This document shows, in pieces, positions 8,598-17,903 of a stretch of 51,064 bases of DNA. Position 1 is the first letter of the stretch. Every line of letters begins with the position of its first letter. The DNA lies in assembly GCA_035328285.1 (NCBI GenBank), contig DAOLIZ010000004.1, forward strand, positions 1 to 51,064. The letters run 5' to 3'. The notes beneath the pieces are model-generated. The model saw only the letters and a list, made by a program, of their open reading frames with translations. It was not told where the DNA came from and made no database searches. A program made the translations under genes and the position numbers. This stretch comes from Gemmatimonadales bacterium. GTDB lineage: Bacteria > Gemmatimonadota > Gemmatimonadetes > Gemmatimonadales > GWC2-71-9.

Positions 8598-10266
8598 CTA
8601 CCGTGGTGCGTCTTTCCGTAGCGTCGCTCGCCTCCACGCCTGCCGGCCGGCGGACCGTCGCCCCCGGCTTCGCGGGCACGCGCTCCATGGCGTACTCCGC
8701 CAGGGCCGTGATCGTCAAACTGGGGTTCACACCGGGGTTGGCCGGGACAACGGACCCGTCGATGGCATACAGACCGGGATAATTGTGCACCTGCATGTCG
8801 AGCCCGACGACCCCCTCGCGCGCGTCCCTGCCGAAGGGACATCCGCCGAGAATGTGCGCCGTCATCGGAATGCCGAGCAGCCCCTCGTTGATCGACCCGG
8901 CGGCGATCCCGCCGTTCTTTTCCGCAAACCGCCGGGTCACTTTCCGGCTGATTTCGATGGCCGACGGGTGCCCGCTCTCCGGATCGGGATGCGACACCAG
9001 TCCGCGGCGGAAAAGGGTGAAGAGGCTCCGCCCGAACCGGAAGCGCAGCCTGGTGTCGTCGGTCTGCATCGCCAGGATGATGGTGGTCCGCTGCGCCCAG
9101 CGCGGCAGGAAGTGGGTGCGGGCAAAGTCGATCGGCCTGGAGAAGATCTGCCACACCGACTGCGCCAGCCGGCTGAGGAATCCCCCCGACTCGATGATCG
9201 GCCCGGTGAGGAGCCGCATCATTGACGAGCCAGGGGAATACCGCACCGGCTCGATGGTCGTGATCGGGTCGGCGTGGACGATGGACGTGATGGCGATCCC
9301 CTGCGAGTAGTCCGCCGTGTCGTCGCGCGCGATGACACCGAGCAGCGACTCGTTGTTGGTGCGGACCATGTCGCCGAGCCGCGGCGAGAGGCGGGGCAGG
9401 GAACCGGTCACGTCGCGGCAACGGAAGAGGAGACGCATCGTCCCGAGCGCACCGGCGGCGGCAATGACGTTGCGGGTGCGGATGCGTCGCTCGTTCCTGA
9501 ACAACAGGGCGGACGAGGAGCGGTACACCACCTCGTAGCGGGCGCCATCGGGCTGCCCCTCCGGCAAGGGGATGATGTCCCGCACCTCGGCCTCCGCCTC
9601 GACCTCCGCGCCCCACTTCTCGGCCAGGTACAGGTAGTTCTTGACGAGCGTGTTCTTGGCGTTGTACCGGCAGCCGACCATGCAGCCGCCACAGTGGATG
9701 CAGCCGCGCCGCGGGGGCCCCTCCCCGCCGAAGTAGGGATCAGGAACCTCCTCCCCCTCGTCGTCCGGCACACCGAAGAACGTCCCGACCGGCGTCGACT
9801 GCCAGGTGTCCGCGGTCCCCAGTTCCTCGGCGATCTCCTGCAGGAGAATGTCGGCCGGCCAGGTCCGCGGATTGACCGCCACGCCGAGCATCCGGCGGGC
9901 AGTGTCGTAGTGCGGCGCAAGAAGCGCCTTCCAGTCGGCCAGGTGACTCCAGGCGGGCGCGGAGAACATCTCGTCGCCGGGGGCCATCAGGACGTTGGCG
10001 TACCCGAGGCTGCCGCCGCCGACGCCGGCGCCGTGCAGCACGAAGATGTTGCGGAAGGGACTGATCTGCAGGATGCCGAAGCAGCGCAGGGCCGGAGCCC
10101 AGAGCGCCCGGCGCACGTTCCAGTTGCTGCGCGCAAAGTCCTCGTCGCGGAATCGCTTCCCGCGCTCGAGCACCCGCACCCGGTAGCCCTTCTCGGTCAG
10201 CCGCAGGGCGGACACGCTCCCGCCGAAGCCGGAACCGATGATGACAAAATCCAAAATGTCCGACAT
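8590..10266 (-). CDS. GMC family oxidoreductase (cholesterol-oxidase-like flavoprotein)
   Basis: N-terminal FAD fold DFVIIGSGFGGSVSALRLTEKGYRVRVLERG. C-terminal GMC motif GGCPFG...VHNYPGLYAIDGSVVPANPGVNPSLTITALAE. Confidence 0.9.
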   Translation of the reverse strand: MSDILDFVIIGSGFGGSVSALRLTEKGYRVRVLERGKRFRDEDFARSNWNVRRALWAPALRCFGILQISPFRNIFVLHGAGVGGGSLGYANVLMAPGDEMFSAPAWSHLADWKALLAPHYDTARRMLGVAVNPRTWPADILLQEIAEELGTADTWQSTPVGTFFGVPDDEGEEVPDPYFGGEGPPRRGCIHCGGCMVGCRYNAKNTLVKNYLYLAEKWGAEVEAEAEVRDIIPLPEGQPDGARYEVVYRSSSALLFRNERRIRTRNVIAAAGALGTMRLLFRCRDVTGSLPRLSPRLGDMVRTNNESLLGVIARDDTADYSQGIAITSIVHADPITTIEPVRYSPGSSMMRLLTGPIIESGGFLSRLAQSVWQIFSRPIDFARTHFLPRWAQRTTIILAMQTDDTRLRFRFGRSLFTLFRRGLVSHPDPESGHPSAIEISRKVTRRFAEKNGGIAAGSINEGLLGIPMTAHILGGCPFGRDAREGVVGLDMQVHNYPGLYAIDGSVVPANPGVNPSLTITALAEYAMERVPAKPGATVRRPAGVEASDATERRTTVGA

Positions 10267-10284
10267 GCATGCCTTTCCCGGTAC

Positions 10285-10308
10285 GAGGGGCGCACTTCGG
10301 TGCGCCTC
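10285..10308 (-). terminator. GC-rich hairpin with UUCG/CGAA tetraloop at the end of the PLC-like gene
   Basis: GAGGGGCGCAC-TTCG-GTGCGCCTC gives 7 or more contiguous GC-rich pairs. It overlaps the TAG at 10308-10310. No U-tract follows, so terminator function is inferred only. Confidence 0.4.
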
Positions 10309-12428
10309 TACTGCCCCGCTGCCCCGCTGTCCCTCGGCCCCGCCGAAAGCGTGTCCAGCCCGTTCAGAGTCCGCGTGACATTCACGATCTCGCCGATATC
10401 ACCGAAATCTACTGCCACATAGGTCGGCTTGATCCCGCGCTCCCGCTCGCACTGTTTCGCCCGCTTGAGGAGGACGTCGTAGGTGTTCACGATCTCCGCG
10501 TTGCTCGGCCGGGGGGCCGGTGTCGTCTCGATCCAGTGATTGACCTGGAAGAGCGTTCCGGACGTGCCACCGCGGTTCGGCTTGCAGGAGAACTCCGCCG
10601 GCGTGTGAAAGGTGTAGGGCGTCTCCTGGAAACTCTCGAACGCCGGGTGAATCCACGCCACTCCCGGCTTCCCTGACTCGGTGAACACCAGCACCCGCCC
10701 GCCGGAGACGATCATCGACCGGAGCGTGGGCCATGGCGTGATCGGCCCGGTATAGACGAAGTCGAGCAGCCCGCTTTCAGTGAACGCCGCGGCGATCTCC
10801 TCGGGCGTGACATAGTCCTCGATGACGATCAGGAGTACCTCGTCCGGATGCACCAGCAGCCAGTCCCGTATCCCCTTGAGGGCCGGCGCCACCGGATAGG
10901 CCCCAAGCTCGCAGAAGCCGTGGCAGAAGTAGAGCCCGCGATGTCCTTCATCTACCCCGACCATGCGGTCCCGGATCCGCTGGGCCGCCTCGAAGCCCTC
11001 CTCACCCACGGCGCTCACCAGCTTCTCGCGGGTGGCGCCCTCACCCTCGAGGTCGGTCTTGATCCGGTCGGCACCCGGGAAGCCGTAGTGGACGTCGACC
11101 AGCAGGGCGCGAATCCCGTATTCGAGCTGCCCTGCGAAGTCGACCATCTGGTGCGGGAACATCCACCCCGGGATCTCGGCGTTCGACATCGAGTTGTGGG
11201 TGGCCGGGAAGGACACCTGGTCGATCCGGCGATCGCAGAGCTCGGGCGCCCCATTGCAGGCCACGACCGCCATATTCACCACCGGCAGCGGCTCCGGGCG
11301 GCGCAGCAGCAGGAGAATCGCCACCAACCCGGCACCGAGCCCCACCCCGGCCAGCGTCCGGAGGGGCCACCGCCGGCCGGGCGCCACGGACGAGGCACCC
11401 GAACGCTCCGGCACGTTCTCCAGGACCAGCCGGAAGAGCTCGCGGAGGGCGGCGAAAACGAGCAGCAGTCCGCCGATGACGGCGGCCACGGCGACGACGC
11501 TCGAGGGCCACATCAGCACCACCGTCCCCGCGACGGCGGTCCCCAGAATCCAGAGCACCCGGCCGCCGCGGCCCGTGGGCGGTTCCGCCGCCAGCCGGGC
11601 CAGCCGCCGCAGCCCCTCGAAGGGGTCGGTCTTCTCGTGCAGGGAATTGGCCGCGGAGGCCAGGATCACGCCGCTGCCGGCAAAGGAGTAGACAAAGCCA
11701 AGGATCGGGAGGAAGTACTGTCGCCACACGCCGAAGAACGCGCCGCGCGTGGCCTCGTCCGGCGTGACCGCCAGAGCCACCAGCCGCCCCACGGGAATCG
11801 CGAGTGCCAGGAGAAGCGCCACCACTACGAGTCCGACACCGGCGCGTGTCAAACCCCGGCGCCTGTCGTGGTCGAGCAGGATGCTGCCTACCAGCAACCC
11901 GATGCCAAGCAGGAACAGACCGCGCTGAAGCCAGGCCACCTGCGTCAGGATACGGCGGGTCGCTACGAGCGTCGTGCCCAGCCTGCTCTTTGGGAGCTTG
12001 GCCACGACCGTCTCGAGATTTCCGGGGATCTTCGCCGCCAGCTCCGGATTGATCCCGCCGAGGGCGCTTTGCACCAGGACCCCCACATCGGGAACCGAGA
12101 GCAGGACGTCCTCCCCCGTCTGGGAGAAGAACGCCTGGTGGGCCGACTTGAGCGCGGTCCGCGCGACGGCACGGAAGGGAGAGCTCCCGACCAGTCCGTC
12201 GGCGGTGCCGACGAGGAGCGGTCGCACGGCGGTGAGGTTGGGTCGCCGGTCGATGAGCACGTCGGTGATCTTCTCGGCGACGAAACCCGAGACGCGCGCA
12301 TCACCCAGGCTCGATGCCACCCGGTTCGCGAAGTCGTCCGCGTTGAACAGCCCGTGGCTGACATCCATCAGGACGGCGCTCAGGAGTAGCAGCGCCAGCC
12401 CGAGGAAGCCCATCAGCCGGGCGCCCAT
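10308..12428 (-). CDS. polytopic membrane protein fused to a PI-PLC X-domain-like phosphodiesterase
   Basis: About 390 aa of hydrophobic helices, then VSFPATHNSMSNAEIPGWMFPHQ...GIRALLVDVHYG...LYFCHGFCELG, which is PLC-like phosphodiesterase (PLCXD-type) in character. Confidence 0.8.
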   Translation of the reverse strand: MGARLMGFLGLALLLLSAVLMDVSHGLFNADDFANRVASSLGDARVSGFVAEKITDVLIDRRPNLTAVRPLLVGTADGLVGSSPFRAVARTALKSAHQAFFSQTGEDVLLSVPDVGVLVQSALGGINPELAAKIPGNLETVVAKLPKSRLGTTLVATRRILTQVAWLQRGLFLLGIGLLVGSILLDHDRRRGLTRAGVGLVVVALLLALAIPVGRLVALAVTPDEATRGAFFGVWRQYFLPILGFVYSFAGSGVILASAANSLHEKTDPFEGLRRLARLAAEPPTGRGGRVLWILGTAVAGTVVLMWPSSVVAVAAVIGGLLLVFAALRELFRLVLENVPERSGASSVAPGRRWPLRTLAGVGLGAGLVAILLLLRRPEPLPVVNMAVVACNGAPELCDRRIDQVSFPATHNSMSNAEIPGWMFPHQMVDFAGQLEYGIRALLVDVHYGFPGADRIKTDLEGEGATREKLVSAVGEEGFEAAQRIRDRMVGVDEGHRGLYFCHGFCELGAYPVAPALKGIRDWLLVHPDEVLLIVIEDYVTPEEIAAAFTESGLLDFVYTGPITPWPTLRSMIVSGGRVLVFTESGKPGVAWIHPAFESFQETPYTFHTPAEFSCKPNRGGTSGTLFQVNHWIETTPAPRPSNAEIVNTYDVLLKRAKQCERERGIKPTYVAVDFGDIGEIVNVTRTLNGLDTLSAGPRDSGAAGQ

Positions 12429-12431
12429 GGC

Positions 12432-13337
12432 CTACAGAATCCGCTTCCCGAAGGCCGACTCCAGCAGCTCGACCGCGAGGACAGCCGAGCGGTTGCGTTC
12501 GTCGAGGATCGGGTTGACCTCGACGACTTCCAGTGAGGTCATCCGCTTTGACGCGGACACCAGCTCCATGATGGTATGGGCCTCCCGGTAGTCGAGCCCC
12601 CCTTTCACCGGCGTGCCGACGCCGGGAGCCAGGGTCGGATCCACGGCGTCGAGGTCGAAGCTCACATGCAGGAGCTCGGTGCCGTCGGTGACGCGGGCCA
12701 GCGCGTCGCTCATGACGGCGTGGATCCCGTCACGGTCGATTTCCGACATCGTGTAGACTCGGATGCCCAGTTCCGCCAGATGGCGCCGCTCGCCGTCTTC
12801 GAGGCTCCGAATGCCGACCAGCGCGGTGTGTTGCGCATCGATCTTCGGCCAGTCACCCCCGACGGCCGAGAGCTCCCTGGGCCCGAGCCCGAAGAGCGCC
12901 GCGAGCGGCATCCCGTGGATGTTGCCCGACGGGGAGGTCTTCGGGACATGGATGTCGCTGTGGGCATCGATCCAGAGGAGGCCGAGACTCTTCTTCTTCT
13001 TCCGGGCGAACGACGCGACACCGGAAATCGTGCCAACCGCGATCGAGTGGTCTCCGCCCAGCACCAACGGGAACCGCTTGCGATCGAGGATTCGCTCCAC
13101 GGCCTTGGCAAGAAGTCCCGAGGCGCGGGCAATTTCCCCCAGGTACCGGGCGCGCCGGCTTCCGAAGGTGGTCTCTTCCATGTTCTTGATGTCGAGGTCG
13201 CCGCCGTCGAAGACACGGTGGCCGCGGGCGGCGAGGGCGGGGCCGACGCCTGCGATCCGGAGCGCAGAGGGACCCATGTCCACACCGCGCCGCCCGGAAC
13301 CGAGGTCCATCGGGACGCCAAGGAGTTCGATGTTCAT
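12432..13337 (-). CDS. rocF: arginase (ureohydrolase family)
   Basis: MNIELLGVPMDLGSGRRGVDMGPSALR; Mn-binding motifs GGDHSIAVG, WIDAHSDIH and SFDLDAVDP. The stop lies 3 nt from the next gene's start. Confidence 0.85.
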   Translation of the reverse strand: MNIELLGVPMDLGSGRRGVDMGPSALRIAGVGPALAARGHRVFDGGDLDIKNMEETTFGSRRARYLGEIARASGLLAKAVERILDRKRFPLVLGGDHSIAVGTISGVASFARKKKKSLGLLWIDAHSDIHVPKTSPSGNIHGMPLAALFGLGPRELSAVGGDWPKIDAQHTALVGIRSLEDGERRHLAELGIRVYTMSEIDRDGIHAVMSDALARVTDGTELLHVSFDLDAVDPTLAPGVGTPVKGGLDYREAHTIMELVSASKRMTSLEVVEVNPILDERNRSAVLAVELLESAFGKRIL

Positions 13338-13386
13338 GCGACTACGCTACCCACAACGGCGAGGGGCCGCAACGTGGGGGCGGGGC

Positions 13387-13656
13387 CTACAGGGCCAGCA
13401 TGACGCGCGCCTCTTCCTCCATGCGCATCAGCCGGGTGTAGTAGTCCGGCAATTCCATCAGGTGCGCGAGTGCGATCTTCCCGGTCAGCACCAGGTCGTC
13501 GTTGGTCACGTTGGTGACGACATTCCGGACCCCGTGCTCCAGCTCCACTTCGAGCCCCATGCGGAACTGTTCCGGATCCACCTCAGTCCACTTGATGCCC
13601 ATCTGATCGCCCACTCGCCGGGCTTCTTCCGTCGTAAATGTCCGCTGACTCACCAT
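13387..13656 (-). CDS. small conserved protein, DUF5661-like
   Basis: Strong SD (GAGGAGGGGG) 4 nt upstream of the ATG. The MGLEVELEHG...IALAHLMELPDYYTRLMRME pattern matches my recollection of DUF5661. Confidence 0.7.
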   Translation of the reverse strand: MVSQRTFTTEEARRVGDQMGIKWTEVDPEQFRMGLEVELEHGVRNVVTNVTNDDLVLTGKIALAHLMELPDYYTRLMRMEEEARVMLAL

Positions 13657-13788
13657 GATCCCCCTCCTCGAATCGCGGGTCGCGCCGCGACCTGCACACC
13701 ACCCCCGCCACGCGGCGGGAGTGGACTCCGAGGATAGCGTGGGGGCTATGAAGCGGGAGTGAAGCCGGGGGGAGAATCCCTTGGCTCG

Positions 13789-14328
13789 TCAGGACTTGAG
13801 ATGCGGAAAGTACCGTTCCGCCAGTACCCGGAGGTGGTGCCGCTCGTGCCCTGCCAGGATCCAGGCGAGCGCCCGCGCCGAGACCGGATGCCCGCTCGCC
13901 GACCCGATCCGCGGCCAGGCCTCGGCAGTGAACGAGCCGAAGAGTGCAAGGGTGGCGTCCCGTACGGCCCGGAACTCCGCGGCGACGTCGGCCATCGACC
14001 GTTCCTCGAACGCCCCCATCGGGACCCAGGCATTCTCGTCAAAGCCAGGAAGATCGATCGTGTCCCCCCGCGCGATACGGAGGGCGCGATAGGAGAAGAC
14101 GCGCTCAGCGTCCGAGATGTGCCCGATCACCTCGCGGATGCTCCACTTCCCTTGAGCGTACCGAAAGGCGGCTTGTTTGTCTGATATTCCTGCCAACACG
14201 GCAGCCGTGGAGATTTTCTGGGCCTCCAGCATGGCCAGCAGGTCTCCATCTGGTACTTCCTTGACGTACGGCTGATAATAGGAGTTGTACTCGGAATCGT
14301 CCGGGCGGGCGGGCGCATGCTTGGACAA
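13789..14328 (-). CDS. DinB family protein
   Basis: WSIREVIGHISDAERVF ... ILAGHERHHLRVL (the DinB His triad). The start is placed at TTG 14328, because the ORF-track start at 14439 would overlap the upstream permease by 26 nt. Start uncertain. Confidence 0.75.
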   Translation of the reverse strand: MSKHAPARPDDSEYNSYYQPYVKEVPDGDLLAMLEAQKISTAAVLAGISDKQAAFRYAQGKWSIREVIGHISDAERVFSYRALRIARGDTIDLPGFDENAWVPMGAFEERSMADVAAEFRAVRDATLALFGSFTAEAWPRIGSASGHPVSARALAWILAGHERHHLRVLAERYFPHLKS

Positions 14329-14413
14329 GGGGCCTCCAGATGTCTCGGGCAGGTTTCCATGCGAGCCGCAATATAGGCGGCCGCGTTCACGGAGCAGAGC
14401 CCGCTTGCGGTTT

Positions 14414-15340
14414 CTACCGCTGCCCCTCGTTCCTTCCAAGTGCCGCCGGCGCCTTCACCCGGCCGACGGCGCCCGCCAGTGCGAGAAGCGTCAGGAGGTA
14501 CGGGAACATCAGAAAGAACTGGTACGGCACCTTGTACCCAGCGGCCTGCAACGCAAACTGCAGCGCCGTTGCCAGCCCGAAGAGCAGCGCGGCCCAGCCT
14601 GCCCCCACCGGGTTCCACCGCCCCAGCACCACGATGGCAATCGCAATGAATCCGCGCCCGGCCGTCATCCGCTCGGTGAACGTGCCGACCTGCGCCAGCA
14701 CCAGTGTGGCGCCTGCCAATCCGGCCAAGGCTCCGCCGAGCAGCACCGCCACCGCCCGGGTCGGGCGCACCGGGATGCCGGCGGCGCGAGCGGCGGAAGG
14801 ATCCTCGCCGACGGCACGGAGCGCCAGGCCAAATCGGGTGCGGAAGAGCAGGGCCCAGCTCAACGGAATCAGGGCGACCGCCAGATAGGTCGTGGCCGGC
14901 TGGACGAAGAGCGCATTCCCGATGAGCGGGGTGTCGGAAAGGATGGGGACCGGGAGGGGCGGCAGCGTTGGCAGCGACAGCCCGACGCCAGCCGGGCCAT
15001 AGAACTTCCGGTAGATCGTCCCGGTCAGGCCGACGCTCGCGAGCGTCACCGCCGTGCCGGTGATGATCTGGTCGGCTCCCGCGCCGATGGCGACTGCCGC
15101 AAAGAGCGCGGCCACCAGCACACCCGCCAGCATGCCGGCGCCGAGCCCGGCCGCCGGTCCCGCCACCGTTGCGCCGATGGCACCGCCCAGCGCGCCGAAG
15201 AGCATCGCCCCCTCGATGCCGAGGTTCACCACACCCGACCGTTCGGCAATTGTCTCCCCGGTCGCGGCGAGTGCCAGGGGCGTGGCGATGCCCACCGCCG
15301 CCACCAGGACATCCGCCGCTACCGACAGTGGATCGATCAT
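14414..15340 (-). CDS. ABC transporter permease (BMP/nucleoside-type, YufQ/NupC-like)
   Basis: Internal ATG 15340 (MIDPLSVAADVLVAAVGIATPLALAATGETIAERSGVVNLGIEGAML) overlaps the upstream stop (ATGA). The longer ORF-track N-terminus is an out-of-frame read-through of the upstream gene. Confidence 0.9.
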   Translation of the reverse strand: MIDPLSVAADVLVAAVGIATPLALAATGETIAERSGVVNLGIEGAMLFGALGGAIGATVAGPAAGLGAGMLAGVLVAALFAAVAIGAGADQIITGTAVTLASVGLTGTIYRKFYGPAGVGLSLPTLPPLPVPILSDTPLIGNALFVQPATTYLAVALIPLSWALLFRTRFGLALRAVGEDPSAARAAGIPVRPTRAVAVLLGGALAGLAGATLVLAQVGTFTERMTAGRGFIAIAIVVLGRWNPVGAGWAALLFGLATALQFALQAAGYKVPYQFFLMFPYLLTLLALAGAVGRVKAPAALGRNEGQR

Positions 15341-16395
15341 CCGGCACCGTCCACGATCGTCGCGGGGGCCTGTTGCTTGACGCCCCGACGAGCCGCGGCG
15401 TCTCCCAGCAGCAGCACCAGGATGATCACCCCTTCCACCACGTACACCGCCACCGCCGGAATCCCGGCGTCCCGCTGCATCGCTCCCGCCCCCGCCTCCA
15501 GCGCCGCGAAGACGATACCCGTGAGCACAATCGCCGACGGCCGGAGCCGCGCCAGCAGCGCCACACCGATGGCGGTGAATCCGTAGCCCGGTGACAGGTT
15601 CTGGTAGAGGGCGTAGGACACCCCGCTCACTTCGAACGCGCCCGCAAGCCCCGCCAGCGCGCCGGACCCGAAGAGCGCCACCGCAATCGTCCGCCCCGGC
15701 CGAACTCGTCCGCTCACCTCCGCGGCACGCGGTCCCTCGCCCAGAGCGCGCAGCCGGAAACCCCACCAGGTGCGGGCAAAGATCCATGCCAGCACACCCG
15801 CGGCCATCAGCGCGACGACAAACCCCACATGCAGCCGCGTGCCCGGCAGCACCGGCAGGCGCGCCGCGTCGACGATCGGTGCGCTTTGCGGGTAGATCCC
15901 CGATGGCTCCTGCATGGGGCCCTGGACCATCCAGCTCACCAGCGACTCGGCCACGAAGTTGAGCAGCAGTGTGCTGATTACCTCAAGCACTCCGAATCGA
16001 AGCTTGAGCAGCACCGGCAGCGCCATCCACAGCGCGCCCCCCAGCACGCCCGCCAGGGCCACGCCCGGCAGCGCCAGCCACGGCGACCAGCCGCCGACAT
16101 GCACTCCCATCCACGTCGCCGCCATGGCGCCGGCGTAGAACTGTCCCTCAGCGCCGATGTTGAGCGCGCCGCCCCGCAGCGCCAGCGCAAACCCGAGTCC
16201 AATCAGGATCAGCGGCACCGAGCGAAGCAGGGTGGCCCCGGTGAACGCGCGCCACGAACCGAAGGCGCCATCCCAGAGCGCCGCGAGTGCGGCGCCGGCG
16301 TCGTACCCCGCCAGCTGCAGCCCAACCGCGAGGATCAGCAGTCCGACCGCGAGCGCCGCCACGCCGGTGCCCAGCGCACGGAGGTTACCTCGCAT
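15337..16395 (-). CDS. ABC transporter permease (BMP/nucleoside-type, YufP/NupB-like)
   Basis: MRGNLRALG...LALRGGALNIGAEGQFYAGAMAATW is a typical sequence. GTG 16404 is an alternative start. It overlaps the ATPase gene end. Confidence 0.9.
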   Translation of the reverse strand: MRGNLRALGTGVAALAVGLLILAVGLQLAGYDAGAALAALWDGAFGSWRAFTGATLLRSVPLILIGLGFALALRGGALNIGAEGQFYAGAMAATWMGVHVGGWSPWLALPGVALAGVLGGALWMALPVLLKLRFGVLEVISTLLLNFVAESLVSWMVQGPMQEPSGIYPQSAPIVDAARLPVLPGTRLHVGFVVALMAAGVLAWIFARTWWGFRLRALGEGPRAAEVSGRVRPGRTIAVALFGSGALAGLAGAFEVSGVSYALYQNLSPGYGFTAIGVALLARLRPSAIVLTGIVFAALEAGAGAMQRDAGIPAVAVYVVEGVIILVLLLGDAAARRGVKQQAPATIVDGAG

Positions 16396-17845
16396 CGGGC
16401 CCACCCGACCGGAGCATCATCTCGCCGAGCCGCTGCCGGTCCGCTCCCGCCGGCGCCTCGGCTATCACGCCGTTCGCCGCCACCAGGATTCGGTCGCCCA
16501 GCTCCAGCACCTCATCCAGGTCGTTCGAATAGACCAGCACCGCCGCACCAGACGCCGCGGCGGCGCGCAGATGCGCGTGGACATCCGCCGCCGCCTGCAG
16601 ATCGAGCCCGCGCGTCGGGTTCTCCGCCACCAGCACACGGGGCCGCCGTTCCAGCGCCCTCGCAATCAATAGTTTCTGCTGGTTGCCGCCGCTCAGGCTC
16701 CCCGCCGCCGCACCCTGCCCCTCGGCGCGAACGTCAAACGCAGCCAGCAGGGCGGCGGTCCGTGCGGCGGCCGCTGACCAGTCCACGCGCCGGACGCGAC
16801 GTCCCCGGATCCAGGGGGCGACCCGCCCCACGCCCAGCACGACATTCTCGGTGAGCGAGAGTGAGGGGATCAGTCCTTCCGTGGTCCGATCCTCCGGGAC
16901 GAACGCGATCGGACCGACCACCTCCAATGCGCCCCGATGGGGGGGCAGCAACTTCGCCACCACGCGGAGCAGCTCCCGCTGACCGTTCCCTTCCACGCCA
17001 GCCACCGCGACCAGTTCACCGCCCCGGATGCGGAGCGAGGCGTGGCGCAGGCCCGAGCCGGATTCTCCCTCGACCGCGAGCCCCTCGCACCGCACCAGTA
17101 CAGGACCATCACTCGTTGATGGACGGCGTGCCGCCTTCGTCAGCGCGCCCCCGATCATTGCCCTGGTGAGCGAGGCCGAGGTCACCTCGGCACGCGGCGC
17201 TGCCAGCGTCACCGCACCCCGCCGGAGCACCGTCACCCGATCGGCGGAGCCGAGCGCCTCATCGAGCTTGTGCGTGATGAGCACCACCGCGCCGCCCGTG
17301 CGGGTGAATGCCCGGACGAACTGGAACAGTTCGTCCGCTTCGGCGGGCGCCAGCACGGCCGTCGGTTCGTCGAGGAGAAGGATCCGCGCCTCGGAGGCCA
17401 GCGCTTTCACGATCTCGAGGCGCTGTTTGAGGGCCACCGAGAGCTCGCCGGCAGGCTGGAGGGGATCGAGGTGGAGGGCGAGACGTGCGGTGAGTTCGGC
17501 GGTGCGCCGGCGAAGCCGCCGCGGGGTGACCGGCCACCCGGCCGCGAGCGCGACGTTCTCCATGACGGAGAGGGCCGGCACCGCGGTCGAGTGCTGGTGC
17601 ACCATCCCGATGCCATGCAGCCGGGCGTCACGCACGGAGCGGAACCGGACCGCCTGCCCGTCGATCGCAATGGTCCCCGCGTCGGGGCGCAGCAGGCCGT
17701 CCGCGATATGCATCAGCGTCGACTTCCCGGCGCCGTTCTCGCCGAGGACGGCGTGCACTTCGCCCGCGCGGACCGACAGGTCCACACCGCGAAGCGCGCG
17801 CACCGAGCCGAATGACCTGGAGATGTCTTTGAGTTCGAGGAGCAT
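16385..17845 (-). CDS. ABC transporter ATP-binding protein with two fused ATPase domains
   Basis: ATG 17845 gives MLLELKDISRSFGSVRALRGVDLSVRAGEVHAVLGENGAGKSTL. Signature LSVALKQRLEI. The second domain has LSGGNQQKLLIARAL. Confidence 0.9.
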   Translation of the reverse strand: MLLELKDISRSFGSVRALRGVDLSVRAGEVHAVLGENGAGKSTLMHIADGLLRPDAGTIAIDGQAVRFRSVRDARLHGIGMVHQHSTAVPALSVMENVALAAGWPVTPRRLRRRTAELTARLALHLDPLQPAGELSVALKQRLEIVKALASEARILLLDEPTAVLAPAEADELFQFVRAFTRTGGAVVLITHKLDEALGSADRVTVLRRGAVTLAAPRAEVTSASLTRAMIGGALTKAARRPSTSDGPVLVRCEGLAVEGESGSGLRHASLRIRGGELVAVAGVEGNGQRELLRVVAKLLPPHRGALEVVGPIAFVPEDRTTEGLIPSLSLTENVVLGVGRVAPWIRGRRVRRVDWSAAAARTAALLAAFDVRAEGQGAAAGSLSGGNQQKLLIARALERRPRVLVAENPTRGLDLQAAADVHAHLRAAAASGAAVLVYSNDLDEVLELGDRILVAANGVIAEAPAGADRQRLGEMMLRSGGPDAR

Positions 17846-17903
17846 CTGTGCGCTCGCGGTGTCGGCCCGCCCTGCCCCGCAGCCCTGCAGCCCCGCCGAC
17901 GTC

